64,000 nucleotides of DNA from contig NZ_CAXTJR010000011.1 in assembly GCF_964244775.1 (NCBI RefSeq), positions 20,751-84,750 of the forward strand, read 5' to 3'. The translations under genes and the position numbers were made by a program. The notes under the pieces were generated by a model. It had not been told where the DNA came from. It did not search any database and worked only from the letters and a program-made list of their open reading frames with translations. Every line of letters starts with the position of its first letter. The first letter of the stretch is position 1. This document shows, one piece after another, positions 18,419 through 28,779 of the stretch. The DNA is from an uncultured Microbacterium sp. (GTDB lineage Bacteria > Actinomycetota > Actinomycetes > Actinomycetales > Microbacteriaceae).

Positions 18419-19944
18419 GATGTCGACCTTCCGTAGGCGTATGAGAGGAGGAGTTCGTCGTCGGCGCCCGCCGCGGGGACGTCACCCGCGATCGAGCCCT
18501 CGTGCATGATGAGGATGCGATCGCACATCCCGATGAGTTCCGGCAGCTCCGAGCTGACTGCGATCACGGTCGTGCCGGTGGCGGCCAACTCACGGATGAG
18601 CCGGTAGATCTCCGCCTTCGTGCCGACGTCGATGCCGCGGGTGGGCTCGTCCATCAAGAGGACCTTGGGGCGGCGCGCGAGCATCTTGGCCAGCACGACC
18701 TTCTGCTGGTTGCCGCCGGAGAGCTCGCCGACGGTCTGACGCGGACTGCGCGCCTTGATCTGGAGGTCGGCCATGCCGCGGTTCGCGATCTGCGCGATGC
18801 GGCCACGCGAGACGAGGCCGCCGCGACTGACCGCCGAGATGTTGGCGAGGGCGATGTTGTCCTGGATGGATGACCCGAGGAGGACTCCCTGGCTGCGACG
18901 CTCTTCCGGTACGAGTGCCACTCCCGCCGCCAGTACCCGGCCGACGCCCGAACGACGAGGGATGACCTCGCCGGCGACGGTGACCGTGCCGGCCCGGTAA
19001 CCCTGCGCCCCGGCCAGGATGCGGAGCAGCTCGCTGCGTCCGGAGCCGGCGAGGCCCCCGATGCCGAGCACCTCGCCGACATGCGCCGTGAAAGAGACGT
19101 CCGTGACGCGGCGGCCTTCCAGCCCCTCGACGACGATCGCGACCTCGGTCGAGGTGTCGCCGCGGTCGGGATAGAGCGAGTCGGCGTTGCGGCCGACCAT
19201 CGTGGAGATGACCTCGCTGATCGTCGTGTCGCCGACATCCTTCGTCGTGATCGTCTCTCCGTTGCGCATGATCGTGAGGCGGTCGCAGAGCTCGAAGACC
19301 TCCTCCAGGCGATGCGAGACGTAGATGATGGCCACCCCGTCGTCGCGGAGGGAGCGCAGCACCGTGAAGACCTCGCGGATCTCGGTGTCGGTGAGGGATG
19401 CGGTCGGCTCATCGAGAATGAGGACGCGTGCGTCCGTTGCGAGGGCACGCGCGACGGCAACCATCGTCTGCTGGACCGGTGAGAGGTCTCCGGCGAGCTT
19501 GCGCATCGAGATCTTCTGGTTCAGCCGCTCGAGCTGCTCACGCGCACGACGGCGGAGCGCACGGCCGTCGACGAAGCCGAATCGACTCGGCAGCTGCTCC
19601 CCCAGCAGCACGTTCTCGGCGACGGACGTGGTCGGCACGATCGAGAGCTCCTGGTACAGCGCGACGATGCCCGCCTTGTGGGCCGCCCGTACATTGGCGA
19701 ACACGACTTCCTCGCCGTTGCGCCGGATCTGGCCCGAATCGGGGTCGTAGAGCCCGGTGATCACCTTGATGAGCGTCGACTTGCCCGCGCCGTTCTCACC
19801 GAGGAGCGCATGGATCTCGCCCGGCCTGACCGACAGGTGCACTCCCTTCAGAGCGTGCACCCCGTCGAAGCTCTTGACGATGTCGACGGCCTCGAGCGCG
19901 GGGATGGCCGCAGCGATCACGGGCGCGTCGCCCAGCAGGGTCAT
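18415..19944 (-). CDS. Sugar ABC transporter ATP-binding protein (duplicated ATPase, RbsA-like)
   Basis: Trimmed to MTLLGDAP (ATGA overlap with the ADH stop at 19941-19944). Walker A is GENGAGKST, and a second degenerate NBD is present. Confidence 0.85.
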   Translation of the reverse strand: MTLLGDAPVIAAAIPALEAVDIVKSFDGVHALKGVHLSVRPGEIHALLGENGAGKSTLIKVITGLYDPDSGQIRRNGEEVVFANVRAAHKAGIVALYQELSIVPTTSVAENVLLGEQLPSRFGFVDGRALRRRAREQLERLNQKISMRKLAGDLSPVQQTMVAVARALATDARVLILDEPTASLTDTEIREVFTVLRSLRDDGVAIIYVSHRLEEVFELCDRLTIMRNGETITTKDVGDTTISEVISTMVGRNADSLYPDRGDTSTEVAIVVEGLEGRRVTDVSFTAHVGEVLGIGGLAGSGRSELLRILAGAQGYRAGTVTVAGEVIPRRSGVGRVLAAGVALVPEERRSQGVLLGSSIQDNIALANISAVSRGGLVSRGRIAQIANRGMADLQIKARSPRQTVGELSGGNQQKVVLAKMLARRPKVLLMDEPTRGIDVGTKAEIYRLIRELAATGTTVIAVSSELPELIGMCDRILIMHEGSIAGDVPAAGADDELLLSYAYGRSTS

Positions 19945-21011
19945 GATGCACTCCCGGCGTCGTCGATGTCGTTGCATCGGATGATGACCTTCGGGAACCG
20001 CCCGCTGACGTGAACAGCGAACGCCTCCGTCGCCTCCTCGAGGTCGAACACCGACTGGGTCAGCTCATCCAGGTCGAGGTAGGGCAGAATCTGCAGCGCG
20101 CGCGGGAACGCGTACGGTGACACGAAGACCCCGGTGAGCGTGAGCTCTTTGAGGTAGAGGTAGTCAGAGAGGCCCAGGGGCATCTCGAAGTCGTGCGGGT
20201 ACATCGCGCCGTAGATCACCGTGGCCCCCTTGGCCGCGATGTCGAGCAGTCCGCGGACGGCACGAGGCGAACCGGATGCATCGATCACCACGTCGTAGCC
20301 CCGACCGTCGGTGATCTCGTCCGCCCGCAGGTACTGGTCTTCGCCCACCGGGTCGATGACGTGATCCGCACCGTGACGCTGCGCCATCTCACGACGCTCG
20401 GCGATCGGCTCGATCAGCGTGAGCGAGGTCGCGCCGTTCATCTTCATGACCTGCAGAGCCAGCTGGCCGATGGGTCCGCCGCCGCAGATCGCGACGCGGT
20501 CGCCGACCCTGATGCGGGTCTTGTCGGCGATGCGCACCGCCACCGAGGTCGGCTCGAGCAGGCATCCGTGCAGCAGTGACACCTCGTCGGGCAGCGCGTA
20601 CACCTGCGATTCGTGCCAGGTGACCGTCTCCGCCATTCCCGGCCGGTTGTAGTCCTGGATGTGCTCGCAGAACTGCTGCCGGCCCGCCCGGCAGGGCGTG
20701 CAGGTGCCGCAGAACCGCAGGAAGTTGCCGGCGACACGGTCGCCGACCTCCAGACCGTTGCGGTGGGCCTTCTCACCGATCGCCTCGACGACGCCCGACA
20801 GCTCGTGCCCCAGCCCGATCGGCACGTCGGTGCCGAAGAAGCCCTCGGCGAGGTGCGGATCCGAGCCGCAGATCGCCGAGTACGCGACGCGGATGCGCAC
20901 GTCCTCGGGGCCGAGCGGCTGGTCGGGGAAGTCGACGACGCCGATGCGTCCGCGAGTTGATTCGTCAGGATCGCGCAGGCTGCCGATCTTGGTGACGGCG
21001 ACTGTTCTCAT
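19941..21011 (-). CDS. Zinc-dependent medium-chain alcohol/polyol dehydrogenase (sorbitol/threonine dehydrogenase-like)
   Basis: CGSD, GHELSG, the structural-zinc cysteine cluster CGTCTPCRAGRQQFC, and GGGPIG. Confidence 0.85.
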   Translation of the reverse strand: MRTVAVTKIGSLRDPDESTRGRIGVVDFPDQPLGPEDVRIRVAYSAICGSDPHLAEGFFGTDVPIGLGHELSGVVEAIGEKAHRNGLEVGDRVAGNFLRFCGTCTPCRAGRQQFCEHIQDYNRPGMAETVTWHESQVYALPDEVSLLHGCLLEPTSVAVRIADKTRIRVGDRVAICGGGPIGQLALQVMKMNGATSLTLIEPIAERREMAQRHGADHVIDPVGEDQYLRADEITDGRGYDVVIDASGSPRAVRGLLDIAAKGATVIYGAMYPHDFEMPLGLSDYLYLKELTLTGVFVSPYAFPRALQILPYLDLDELTQSVFDLEEATEAFAVHVSGRFPKVIIRCNDIDDAGSAS

Positions 21012-21056
21012 TCGTCTCTCCGTTGAGCGAGGTTTCCGGCGGTGGGGGTGCGGGGG

Positions 21057-22022
21057 TCAGTCGCCGGCGGCGATGGCCCGGCGAGTGGCGGCGATCGTCG
21101 CAGACAGGCCGTAGCCGTGTTTGTCGCGCAACTGCTCGTCTTCGCCGAACCCGGCGTAGACCTGCGGGATGCCGAGGCGTTCGAAGGCGGTGAGGTGGAT
21201 GCCCCGGTCGGCGATGACGTCGGCCACGCGTGATGCGAGACCTCCATAGGCGAGGTGATCCTCGAGGATCACGAAGCGCCCGCCGGTCTCGTCCGCGCAC
21301 TGCGCGATCAGGTCCTGATCGATCGGCTTGAGCGTGAACATGTCGACCACCCGCACCGAGAAGCCCTCCCTCTCGAGCTCGTCCGCGGCCTCTAGCGCCT
21401 GCGCCACTACCGTCCCGTGCGTGAAGATCGTGGCATCCGTCCCCTGCCGGGCGATGATGCCCTTGCCGATGCGGATGTCGTGCTGGCCGGGCTCGTAGAG
21501 CACCTTGTCCTTCTTGCCGACGGCGAGGCGGATGTAGATGGGCCCCTCCATCGACATCGACTGCCGGAGGATCTCGCCGACCATCAGCGGGTCGCCGATG
21601 GAGGTGACGGTCATGTTCGTCAGGGCGCACATCAGCGCGAGGTCTTCGACCGCGTAGTGGGTCGAGCCACCGTTGCCGACGAGGCCGCCGTGGGTGCCGA
21701 TGATCTTCACCGGCAGATTCGGGTAGCAGACGTCGCTGCGCACCTGCTCGAGGGCGCGCATCGAGAGGAACGGGAGCATGCCCGAGACCACCGGGATGTT
21801 GCCGTCGTAGGCGAGGCCCGCGGCGATGCCGACGCTGACCTGCTCGGCGAGTCCGACATCGAGGAAGCGGTCGGGGTACTTGTCGCGGAACTCCACGAGC
21901 GTCGCGCCGATGTCCGGCGTGATGACCCAGAGGTTCGGATGCTCCTCGCCGAGCTCTGCGAGGGTCGACCCGATCACAGATCGGGCGGAGAGCATCTCTC
22001 CGAAGGTGAAGGTGACGGGCAT
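21057..22022 (-). CDS. Transketolase, C-terminal (pyrimidine-binding) subunit of a split transketolase
   Basis: Trimmed to MPVTFTFGE (cat 22020-22022; TGATG overlap with the upstream stop). 321 aa. Confidence 0.85.
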   Translation of the reverse strand: MPVTFTFGEMLSARSVIGSTLAELGEEHPNLWVITPDIGATLVEFRDKYPDRFLDVGLAEQVSVGIAAGLAYDGNIPVVSGMLPFLSMRALEQVRSDVCYPNLPVKIIGTHGGLVGNGGSTHYAVEDLALMCALTNMTVTSIGDPLMVGEILRQSMSMEGPIYIRLAVGKKDKVLYEPGQHDIRIGKGIIARQGTDATIFTHGTVVAQALEAADELEREGFSVRVVDMFTLKPIDQDLIAQCADETGGRFVILEDHLAYGGLASRVADVIADRGIHLTAFERLGIPQVYAGFGEDEQLRDKHGYGLSATIAATRRAIAAGD

Positions 22023-22900
22023 CAGACGGACTCCTTCTCGCGGGAGGCCTGCAGCGCGGCCATTGCGCGTTCCAGGTCGGCGGCGCCGAGCGAGCCGGCG
22101 TGCCAGGCGAGGTTGTGCTCCATGAAGTCCACGCCCTTGCCCTTGACGGTCTCGCAGATGACGACGGTCGGACGATCGGCGCTGGTCGGCGGCAGGGCAT
22201 CGATCGCCTCGACCAGCTCGCCCATGTCGTGGCCGTCGATGTGCACGACGTTCCACCCGAACGCCGCCCACTTGTCGGGATAGGGCTCGAACACGACCCG
22301 CTCCTCGGCGAAGCTCGTCATCATCTGCCGGTTCCGGTCGACGAACGCGACCAGGTTTCCGAGCTCGTTGCTGCGGGCTGCCATCGCGGCCTCCCACACC
22401 GATCCTTCGCCGGTCTCGCCGTCGCCCAGCAGGCACACGACCCGGTGCGACTCTCCGCGGCCTCGGGCGCTCAGGGCCATGCCCACCGCGATCGGCAGGC
22501 CGTGACCGAGCGATCCCGTCGAGCACTCCACACCCGGCAGCTGCACTTTGCACGGGTGCATCCCGTACGCGCTGTCGAGCTGTCCATAGGTGTCGACGAT
22601 CCCCTCGAACGAGAAGAAGCCGCGCATCGACATCGCGATGTACATGCAGACCGCCGCGTGGCCTTTGCTCAGCACGAAGCGATCGCGCGCCGGGTTGCGC
22701 AGGTCGGTGGGATCGACCTGCAGGCCGTAGTGGAAGAGGGCGGTGAAGATATCGGCCGCCGAGAGGTCGCCGCCGATGTGGACGGCTCCCTCGTAGTTGC
22801 CGCACAGGTACAGCAGTTTCGATCGCAGCTCGAATGCCAGGTCTTCCAGCTCTTCGACGGTGTGCGTATCACCCACTGTCTGCAGGGTCTGATCGCCCAT
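22022..22900 (-). CDS. Transketolase, N-terminal (TPP-binding) subunit of a split transketolase
   Basis: Trimmed to MGDQTLQ (cat 22898-22900, with GAGGAG upstream). The TPP motif is GDGETGEGSVWEA. Confidence 0.85.
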   Translation of the reverse strand: MGDQTLQTVGDTHTVEELEDLAFELRSKLLYLCGNYEGAVHIGGDLSAADIFTALFHYGLQVDPTDLRNPARDRFVLSKGHAAVCMYIAMSMRGFFSFEGIVDTYGQLDSAYGMHPCKVQLPGVECSTGSLGHGLPIAVGMALSARGRGESHRVVCLLGDGETGEGSVWEAAMAARSNELGNLVAFVDRNRQMMTSFAEERVVFEPYPDKWAAFGWNVVHIDGHDMGELVEAIDALPPTSADRPTVVICETVKGKGVDFMEHNLAWHAGSLGAADLERAMAALQASREKESV

Positions 22901-23005
22901 CACATGTCTCCTCGTCGTCGGAACGCGTCGACGAGGGGCCGGCTGTGCGGTCTCCATCGACATTCGCTCGTGATCTGATCCGGACTGCCGGATGCTCACG
23001 TTGCG

Positions 23006-23058
23006 ACAGTAACACGATACGGTTTACAAGTAAACAGGAATGTGTATAAACCTGTTTA
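23006..23058. promoter_or_regulatory. Divergent promoter/operator region: palindrome GTTTACAAGTAAAC (23022-23035) plus overlapping 8-bp inverted repeat TAAACAGG-N12-CCTGTTTA
   Basis: Plus-strand candidate is TTTACA (23023-28)-N16-TATAAA (23045-50), pointing towards marR. Minus-strand candidate is TTTACT (23034-29)-N17-TACTGT (23011-06), pointing towards the transketolase operon. The same 14-mer occurs at 6095. Confidence 0.45.
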
Positions 23059-23107
23059 GGGATGCTGCTATGCTCTCGTCACGGATTTCTCCGTGATCCG
23101 GCGCTGG

Positions 23108-23662
23108 ATGGGAGTGCGGTTGGCAGGCGAGGTGGATGACCTGGGCGGCCCTGTATTCCTCGGCGCCGCGGAAGTCATCACGGAGCCTCTGAGAGACGTC
23201 GTCGACAGCGAGAACTTCACGCCCCGCCTGCTGCACCTGATCTCGAATGCCCTGGTGTGGCGAGAGTCGCGACTGCTGCGCAACGAGTTCAACCTCGGCA
23301 CCAACGACTGGCGGGTGATCTCGGCCATCTCGATCCGGCCCGGGGCGACTTCCACCGAGATCTCGGAGTTCGTGGCCATGAACAAGGCCATCGTCTCCAA
23401 GAGCGTGAACACGCTGATCGCCCGCGAGCTCATCGTGCCCGCCGACGGCAGACGCGGATCACGTCACCTCTACCTCACCCGCGCCGGGGCGGACATGCAC
23501 GATCGGATGAAGCCGATCTCGCTGCAGGGTCAAGAGATCGTCCTGTCCGATCTCACCGCCGACGAAGTCGCGCAGCTCAACCATCTGCTGGTGCGCCTGC
23601 TGAAGCAGACACCGGATCTCTCGCCGACGCTCGACGCGGTCGGGAGCGCCGAGCAGGACTGA
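23108..23662 (+). CDS. MarR-family transcriptional regulator
   Basis: A winged-helix core is visible (DWRVISAISIRPGATSTEISEFVAMNKAIVSKSVNTLIARELIV...GRRGSRHLYLTRAG). The start is uncertain: ATG 23108 or GTG 23093. Confidence 0.75.
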   Translation: MGVRLAGEVDDLGGPVFLGAAEVITEPLRDVVDSENFTPRLLHLISNALVWRESRLLRNEFNLGTNDWRVISAISIRPGATSTEISEFVAMNKAIVSKSVNTLIARELIVPADGRRGSRHLYLTRAGADMHDRMKPISLQGQEIVLSDLTADEVAQLNHLLVRLLKQTPDLSPTLDAVGSAEQD

Positions 23663-23725
23663 TCGGGCCTCTCCCGGCGCCGCCACGACGGCGCTCGGGC
23701 GAGGTGATGCCTCTCTCTTTCCTTG

Positions 23726-23758
23726 CCTATGGACATTCCCTATGGCTATAGGTATATT
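23726..23758 (+). promoter_or_regulatory. AT-rich patch with direct repeat CCTATGG (23726, 23739), imperfect palindrome CCTATGGCTATAGG and a TATATT -10-like hexamer upstream of metF
   Basis: Read directly. It is the only AT-rich stretch in the 151-nt leader of the metF-purU-ligM unit. Confidence 0.3.
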
Positions 23759-23813
23759 CATCCTCAGGAGCGCGATGACGCGATCCGGCTGAGAGTGGAA
23801 AGGACCCCGATCA

Positions 23814-24689
23814 GTGGCACACACGACCCCCGCACCCGATAAGGCTGCAGCGCGAGCGCTCATCTCCGACTTCTCGCTGGAGATGACCGGCAAGGATGTG
23901 CCGGGCCTCCTCGAGGCGAAGGACTCGATTCCCCTCGGCACCCGGATCAACGTCACGTTTCTGGGCAACGAAGATCTCGGGATGCGCGTGTCCGCCGCCA
24001 AGACCGTGCGCGAACTCGGCTTCATCCCGGTGCCGCACATCTCCGCCCGTCGGCTGCAGTCGCGCGCGCAGCTGGAGGAGTTCCTCTCGGCCCTGCAGGA
24101 GGTGGGCGCGACCGACCAGGTATTCGTCGTCGGCGGTGATCCCAGCACTCCGGAAGGACCGTACGAGGATTCCTTCGACGTCATCCGCACCGGCCTGCTG
24201 CGCGACTACGGCGTCACGCACGTCAGCATCGCGGGCTACCCGGAGGGCCACCCCGACATCTCCGACGAGAAGCTCTGGAAAGCACTCGACGACAAGTCGT
24301 GGTCGCTGCGCGAGCAGGGACTGGATGCCACGATCCTGACGCAGTTCGCGTTCGACACCGATCCGGTGATCACGTGGATCAATGCGGTGCGAGCACGCGG
24401 CATCGACACCCAGATCCGGATCGGCACGCCGGGCCCCGCAGGTATCAAGCGGCTGCTCGGCTTCGCCCGCCGGTTCGGCATCGGAGCCAACGCGATGATC
24501 GTGAAGAAGTACGGCTTCTCGCTGACCAACCTGATGGGCACCGCCGGTCCCGACAAGTTCGTCACCGACCTGTCCGGACTCCTCGCCGCAGACCCTTCGG
24601 CCGGCACGGTGAAGCTGCACTTCTACACGTTCGGGGGCCTCAAGGCGACCGCCGACTGGGCACACGCCTACGCCGCCGTCCAGTCCTGA
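23814..24689 (+). CDS. metF: 5,10-methylenetetrahydrofolate reductase (MetF family)
   Basis: 291 aa. GTG 23814 follows GGAAAGGA. It has a MetF-like pattern and sits in the same neighbourhood as ligM-metF-ligH in Sphingobium. Confidence 0.8.
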   Translation: MAHTTPAPDKAAARALISDFSLEMTGKDVPGLLEAKDSIPLGTRINVTFLGNEDLGMRVSAAKTVRELGFIPVPHISARRLQSRAQLEEFLSALQEVGATDQVFVVGGDPSTPEGPYEDSFDVIRTGLLRDYGVTHVSIAGYPEGHPDISDEKLWKALDDKSWSLREQGLDATILTQFAFDTDPVITWINAVRARGIDTQIRIGTPGPAGIKRLLGFARRFGIGANAMIVKKYGFSLTNLMGTAGPDKFVTDLSGLLAADPSAGTVKLHFYTFGGLKATADWAHAYAAVQS

Positions 24690-24701
24690 CAGGGTTGTCT
24701 C

Positions 24702-25586
24702 ATGACTGTGCACACCACCGCGCTCGCAGATCGCGCCTGCCTGATCGTCCATGGCCCCGACCAGCCCGGAATCGTCGCCGCCGTGACGGCGCTGATCACC
24801 CGCAATGAGGCGAACATCGTCAGCCTCGACCAGTACTCCGACGACCCGGAGGGCGGCCACTTCTTCCAGCGGGTCGTGTTCCATCGCCGCGACCTCTCAG
24901 CCGTCCTCCCCGACATCGAGGCCGACCTGCAGAGCACCCTCGAGCCGTACGGCATGACCTGGCAGCTGACCGACCAGTCGATACCGAAACGGATGGCGAT
25001 CCTCGCCTCGACGAGCGATCACTGCTTGCTCGAGCTCCTCTGGCGCCACCGTCACGGCGAGCTGAACGTGACCATCCCGATGGTGATCTCCAACCACACC
25101 AACGTGGCCGACGACGTCCGCTCCTTCGGCATCCCGTTCTTCCACATCCCGTCGCAGGGGCCGGACAAATCCGAGGCCGAAGGTCGCATCCTCGAGCTGC
25201 TCACCGGCAACGTCGACTTCGTCGTGCTGGCCCGCTACATGCAGATCATCTCGGAGGATTTCCTGGACGCCGTCCAGGTGCCGGTGATCAACATCCACCA
25301 CTCCTTCCTGCCCGCCTTCATCGGCGCCGCCCCCTACCGCAAGGCCAAGGAGCGCGGCGTGAAGCTCATCGGCGCGACCTCGCACTATGTGACGAAAGAG
25401 CTCGACGAGGGCCCCATCATCGAGCAGGACGTCGCACGGGTGAACCACGCCATGGACGCCGCCGCCCTCCAGGCACGCGGGGCCTACGTCGAGCGCGCCG
25501 TGCTGTCGCGCGCCGTCCAATGGCACGCCGAAGACCGCGTCATCCGGCACGGCAACCAGACCATCGTCTTCACCGACCGACCCTGA
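24702..25586 (+). CDS. purU: Formyltetrahydrofolate deformylase
   Basis: N-terminal ACT domain (LIVHGPDQPGIVAAVTALI) followed by a formyltransferase core (INIHHSFLPAF, GATSHYVT). Confidence 0.9.
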   Translation: MTVHTTALADRACLIVHGPDQPGIVAAVTALITRNEANIVSLDQYSDDPEGGHFFQRVVFHRRDLSAVLPDIEADLQSTLEPYGMTWQLTDQSIPKRMAILASTSDHCLLELLWRHRHGELNVTIPMVISNHTNVADDVRSFGIPFFHIPSQGPDKSEAEGRILELLTGNVDFVVLARYMQIISEDFLDAVQVPVINIHHSFLPAFIGAAPYRKAKERGVKLIGATSHYVTKELDEGPIIEQDVARVNHAMDAAALQARGAYVERAVLSRAVQWHAEDRVIRHGNQTIVFTDRP

Positions 25587-27062
<1,476 letters not shown>

Positions 27063-27077
27063 ACCCGCCAATAGGCT

Positions 27078-27125
27078 CGAGGGGGTTCAGCGGCTGCGGT
27101 CACTGGACCCCCTCGCACTATTTTC
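27078..27125 (+). terminator. Candidate intrinsic terminator after the ligM-like gene (CGAGGGGGT ... ACCCCCTCG, then cacTATTTT)
   Basis: 9-bp GC stem (27078-27086 / 27107-27115), 20-nt loop, and a short T run at 27120-27124. Confidence 0.45.
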
Positions 27126-27153
27126 CGACCGATGAGCTGATCAAGGAGTGCCG

Positions 27154-27735
27154 GTGAGCCTGCGCTACGCCCTGCTCGCGCTGCTGCGCGTCGGCCCGCT
27201 CTCGGGCTACGACCTGCAGAAAGAGTTCACGCTGTCGGTCGGGCACGTGTGGCACGCCCCCGATTCCCAGATCTACCCCGAACTGCGCAAGATGCAGCTC
27301 GACGGCCTCATCGAGGGCGAGGAGCAGACCCGCGGAGTGCGCGGTGTGCGCCGGGTCTACCACGTGACGGATGCCGGAGAAGCGGCCTACCTCGACTGGC
27401 TCGAGTCGCCGCTGGACTATCAGCGCGTCCGTGATCCCGCCCACCTGCGCGCTGCCTATCTCGAGAGCGCGACCCCGGAGGGAGCACGCCGGTTCCTGCA
27501 GGCGCACATCGCCCAGTGGGAGAGCGAGCTCGAGCAGTGGGTCACCGAGCTCTCCCGCATCGACGCCCGCGCCAACCCGATGCTCAAGCGTCGCCTGGAG
27601 GCGACGCCCGAGTCCGAGCACGTGCGCACCGTCGCCTTCAAGCGCTTCGCGTACGAGGGCCTGGTCGAACGCGCCCGCATCGAGATCGAGTGGGCCCGTC
27701 GCGGCCTGGAGCTGATCGACCGGCTCGACGGTTAG
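27154..27735 (+). CDS. PadR-family transcriptional regulator
   Basis: GTG 27154 lies 5 nt after AAGGAG (27143-27148). The N-terminus is SLRYALLALLRVGPLSGYDL and a C-terminal dimerisation helix region is present. Confidence 0.8.
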   Translation: MSLRYALLALLRVGPLSGYDLQKEFTLSVGHVWHAPDSQIYPELRKMQLDGLIEGEEQTRGVRGVRRVYHVTDAGEAAYLDWLESPLDYQRVRDPAHLRAAYLESATPEGARRFLQAHIAQWESELEQWVTELSRIDARANPMLKRRLEATPESEHVRTVAFKRFAYEGLVERARIEIEWARRGLELIDRLDG

Positions 27736-28691
27736 AAGACGTACTCCATCAGGTCGAGGCCGAGCACGCGGAACGCCTCGTGCGCCCGCAGCCGGTGCGA
27801 GATCGACAGGTCGTCGAAGCACACGATCAGCGCGTACGAGACGCCTGCCCGAGGCCCCGCGAGCACACCCGCTTCGACGCGGATGCCGGCATCCCGCCCC
27901 GTCTTGTTGATGAAGAGCAGCCCGTGCTCGTCGTTCTCGTGCGTGAACGGGTCGAGCCCGGTCGCCGCGGCGACCAGCGACAGGTCGTGGTTGAGGCTCA
28001 ACCACTCGGCGACCTGCGCCGACACGCCGGCCGAGACGACCTGCGAGTTGACGAGCGCGGCGAAGATCTCGGCGAGCTCCCGCGCCGAGCCGAGCGCCAC
28101 CTGCGGTGCGTCATCGGGCCCGCGCTGATCACGGAAACCGTCCAGGAGTGCGAAGCGCGCAAGGCCGAGCTGCTCGATCCGCGCCCGGACCGCGGGAAGG
28201 CCCACGCGGTGGAGCAGCGCGTTGGCCGCGGTGGCGTCGCCCGCCGCGCCGGTGAGGACGGCGAGGTCGGCCAGCGGCAGTGCGGGCGCTTTGAGGTGCT
28301 GCCATATCCCGCCGACCGTGACCGGCGGCACCGAGCTGCGCTCGATGATCTCGAGCGGGTCGAGCGCGCCCGATTCGAAGGCGGCGGCGAGCTCGATGAG
28401 CAGCGGCACCACTCCGAGCCCGGCGACCGGCAGCGTGACGAAGTCGTCGCCGCTGAGCACCGAGGTGCCGCGATCGAGGTCGTTGATGCGCACCGAGACC
28501 TTCGCGCCGGAGGCGGCGAGCCCGTCGAGCGCGGTGAGGGTGGAGGTGAACGACCGGCGACCGGCGGCCGCGCGACGCGGCAGTCGTCTGTTGCCTCGGC
28601 GCGAGGTTCGCGCAGGGTCGTGCTCACGCGATGAAAGGGATGGTATCTGCAGGGGCGGCGAGGCCGGCGAGTCGAAGGGCTCAGGGGGCAT
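27732..28691 (-). CDS. Class-A beta-lactamase-fold (serine-hydrolase-like) protein that appears to lack the catalytic serine motifs
   Basis: GDATAANALL lines up with the class A SDNTAANLLL region and KTG is retained (INKTGRD). I see no SxxK where it is expected (LPVAGLGVVPLL). The start is uncertain: Met at 28691 or 28766. Confidence 0.5.
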   Translation of the reverse strand: MPPEPFDSPASPPLQIPSLSSREHDPARTSRRGNRRLPRRAAAGRRSFTSTLTALDGLAASGAKVSVRINDLDRGTSVLSGDDFVTLPVAGLGVVPLLIELAAAFESGALDPLEIIERSSVPPVTVGGIWQHLKAPALPLADLAVLTGAAGDATAANALLHRVGLPAVRARIEQLGLARFALLDGFRDQRGPDDAPQVALGSARELAEIFAALVNSQVVSAGVSAQVAEWLSLNHDLSLVAAATGLDPFTHENDEHGLLFINKTGRDAGIRVEAGVLAGPRAGVSYALIVCFDDLSISHRLRAHEAFRVLGLDLMEYVF

Positions 28692-28779
28692 GCCCACGAG
28701 CGGGGTCCTTCCGATGGGGGAACGCAGTGGCGGGGGTCGGGGAATCGGGAGTTCGGGTTCCGTCATCCTCGGTGTGCGA

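Noticed and set aside
23663-23813. Riboswitch (ZTP/pfl or THF) in the leader of metF-purU-ligM
   Set aside because: I could not find the conserved ZTP cores (for example the GGGUCGUGAC...CCGCCUGGGCA-type segments) or THF-riboswitch features. Only a short 4-bp hairpin and an AT-rich promoter-like patch are visible. A covariance-model scan (Rfam) would be decisive.
28560-28640. Twin-arginine (Tat) signal in the beta-lactamase-fold protein (GRRSFTSTLTALDG)
   Set aside because: An RR-x-F is present, but the following segment is short, weakly hydrophobic and contains Asp. The start codon is also unresolved, so export cannot be claimed.
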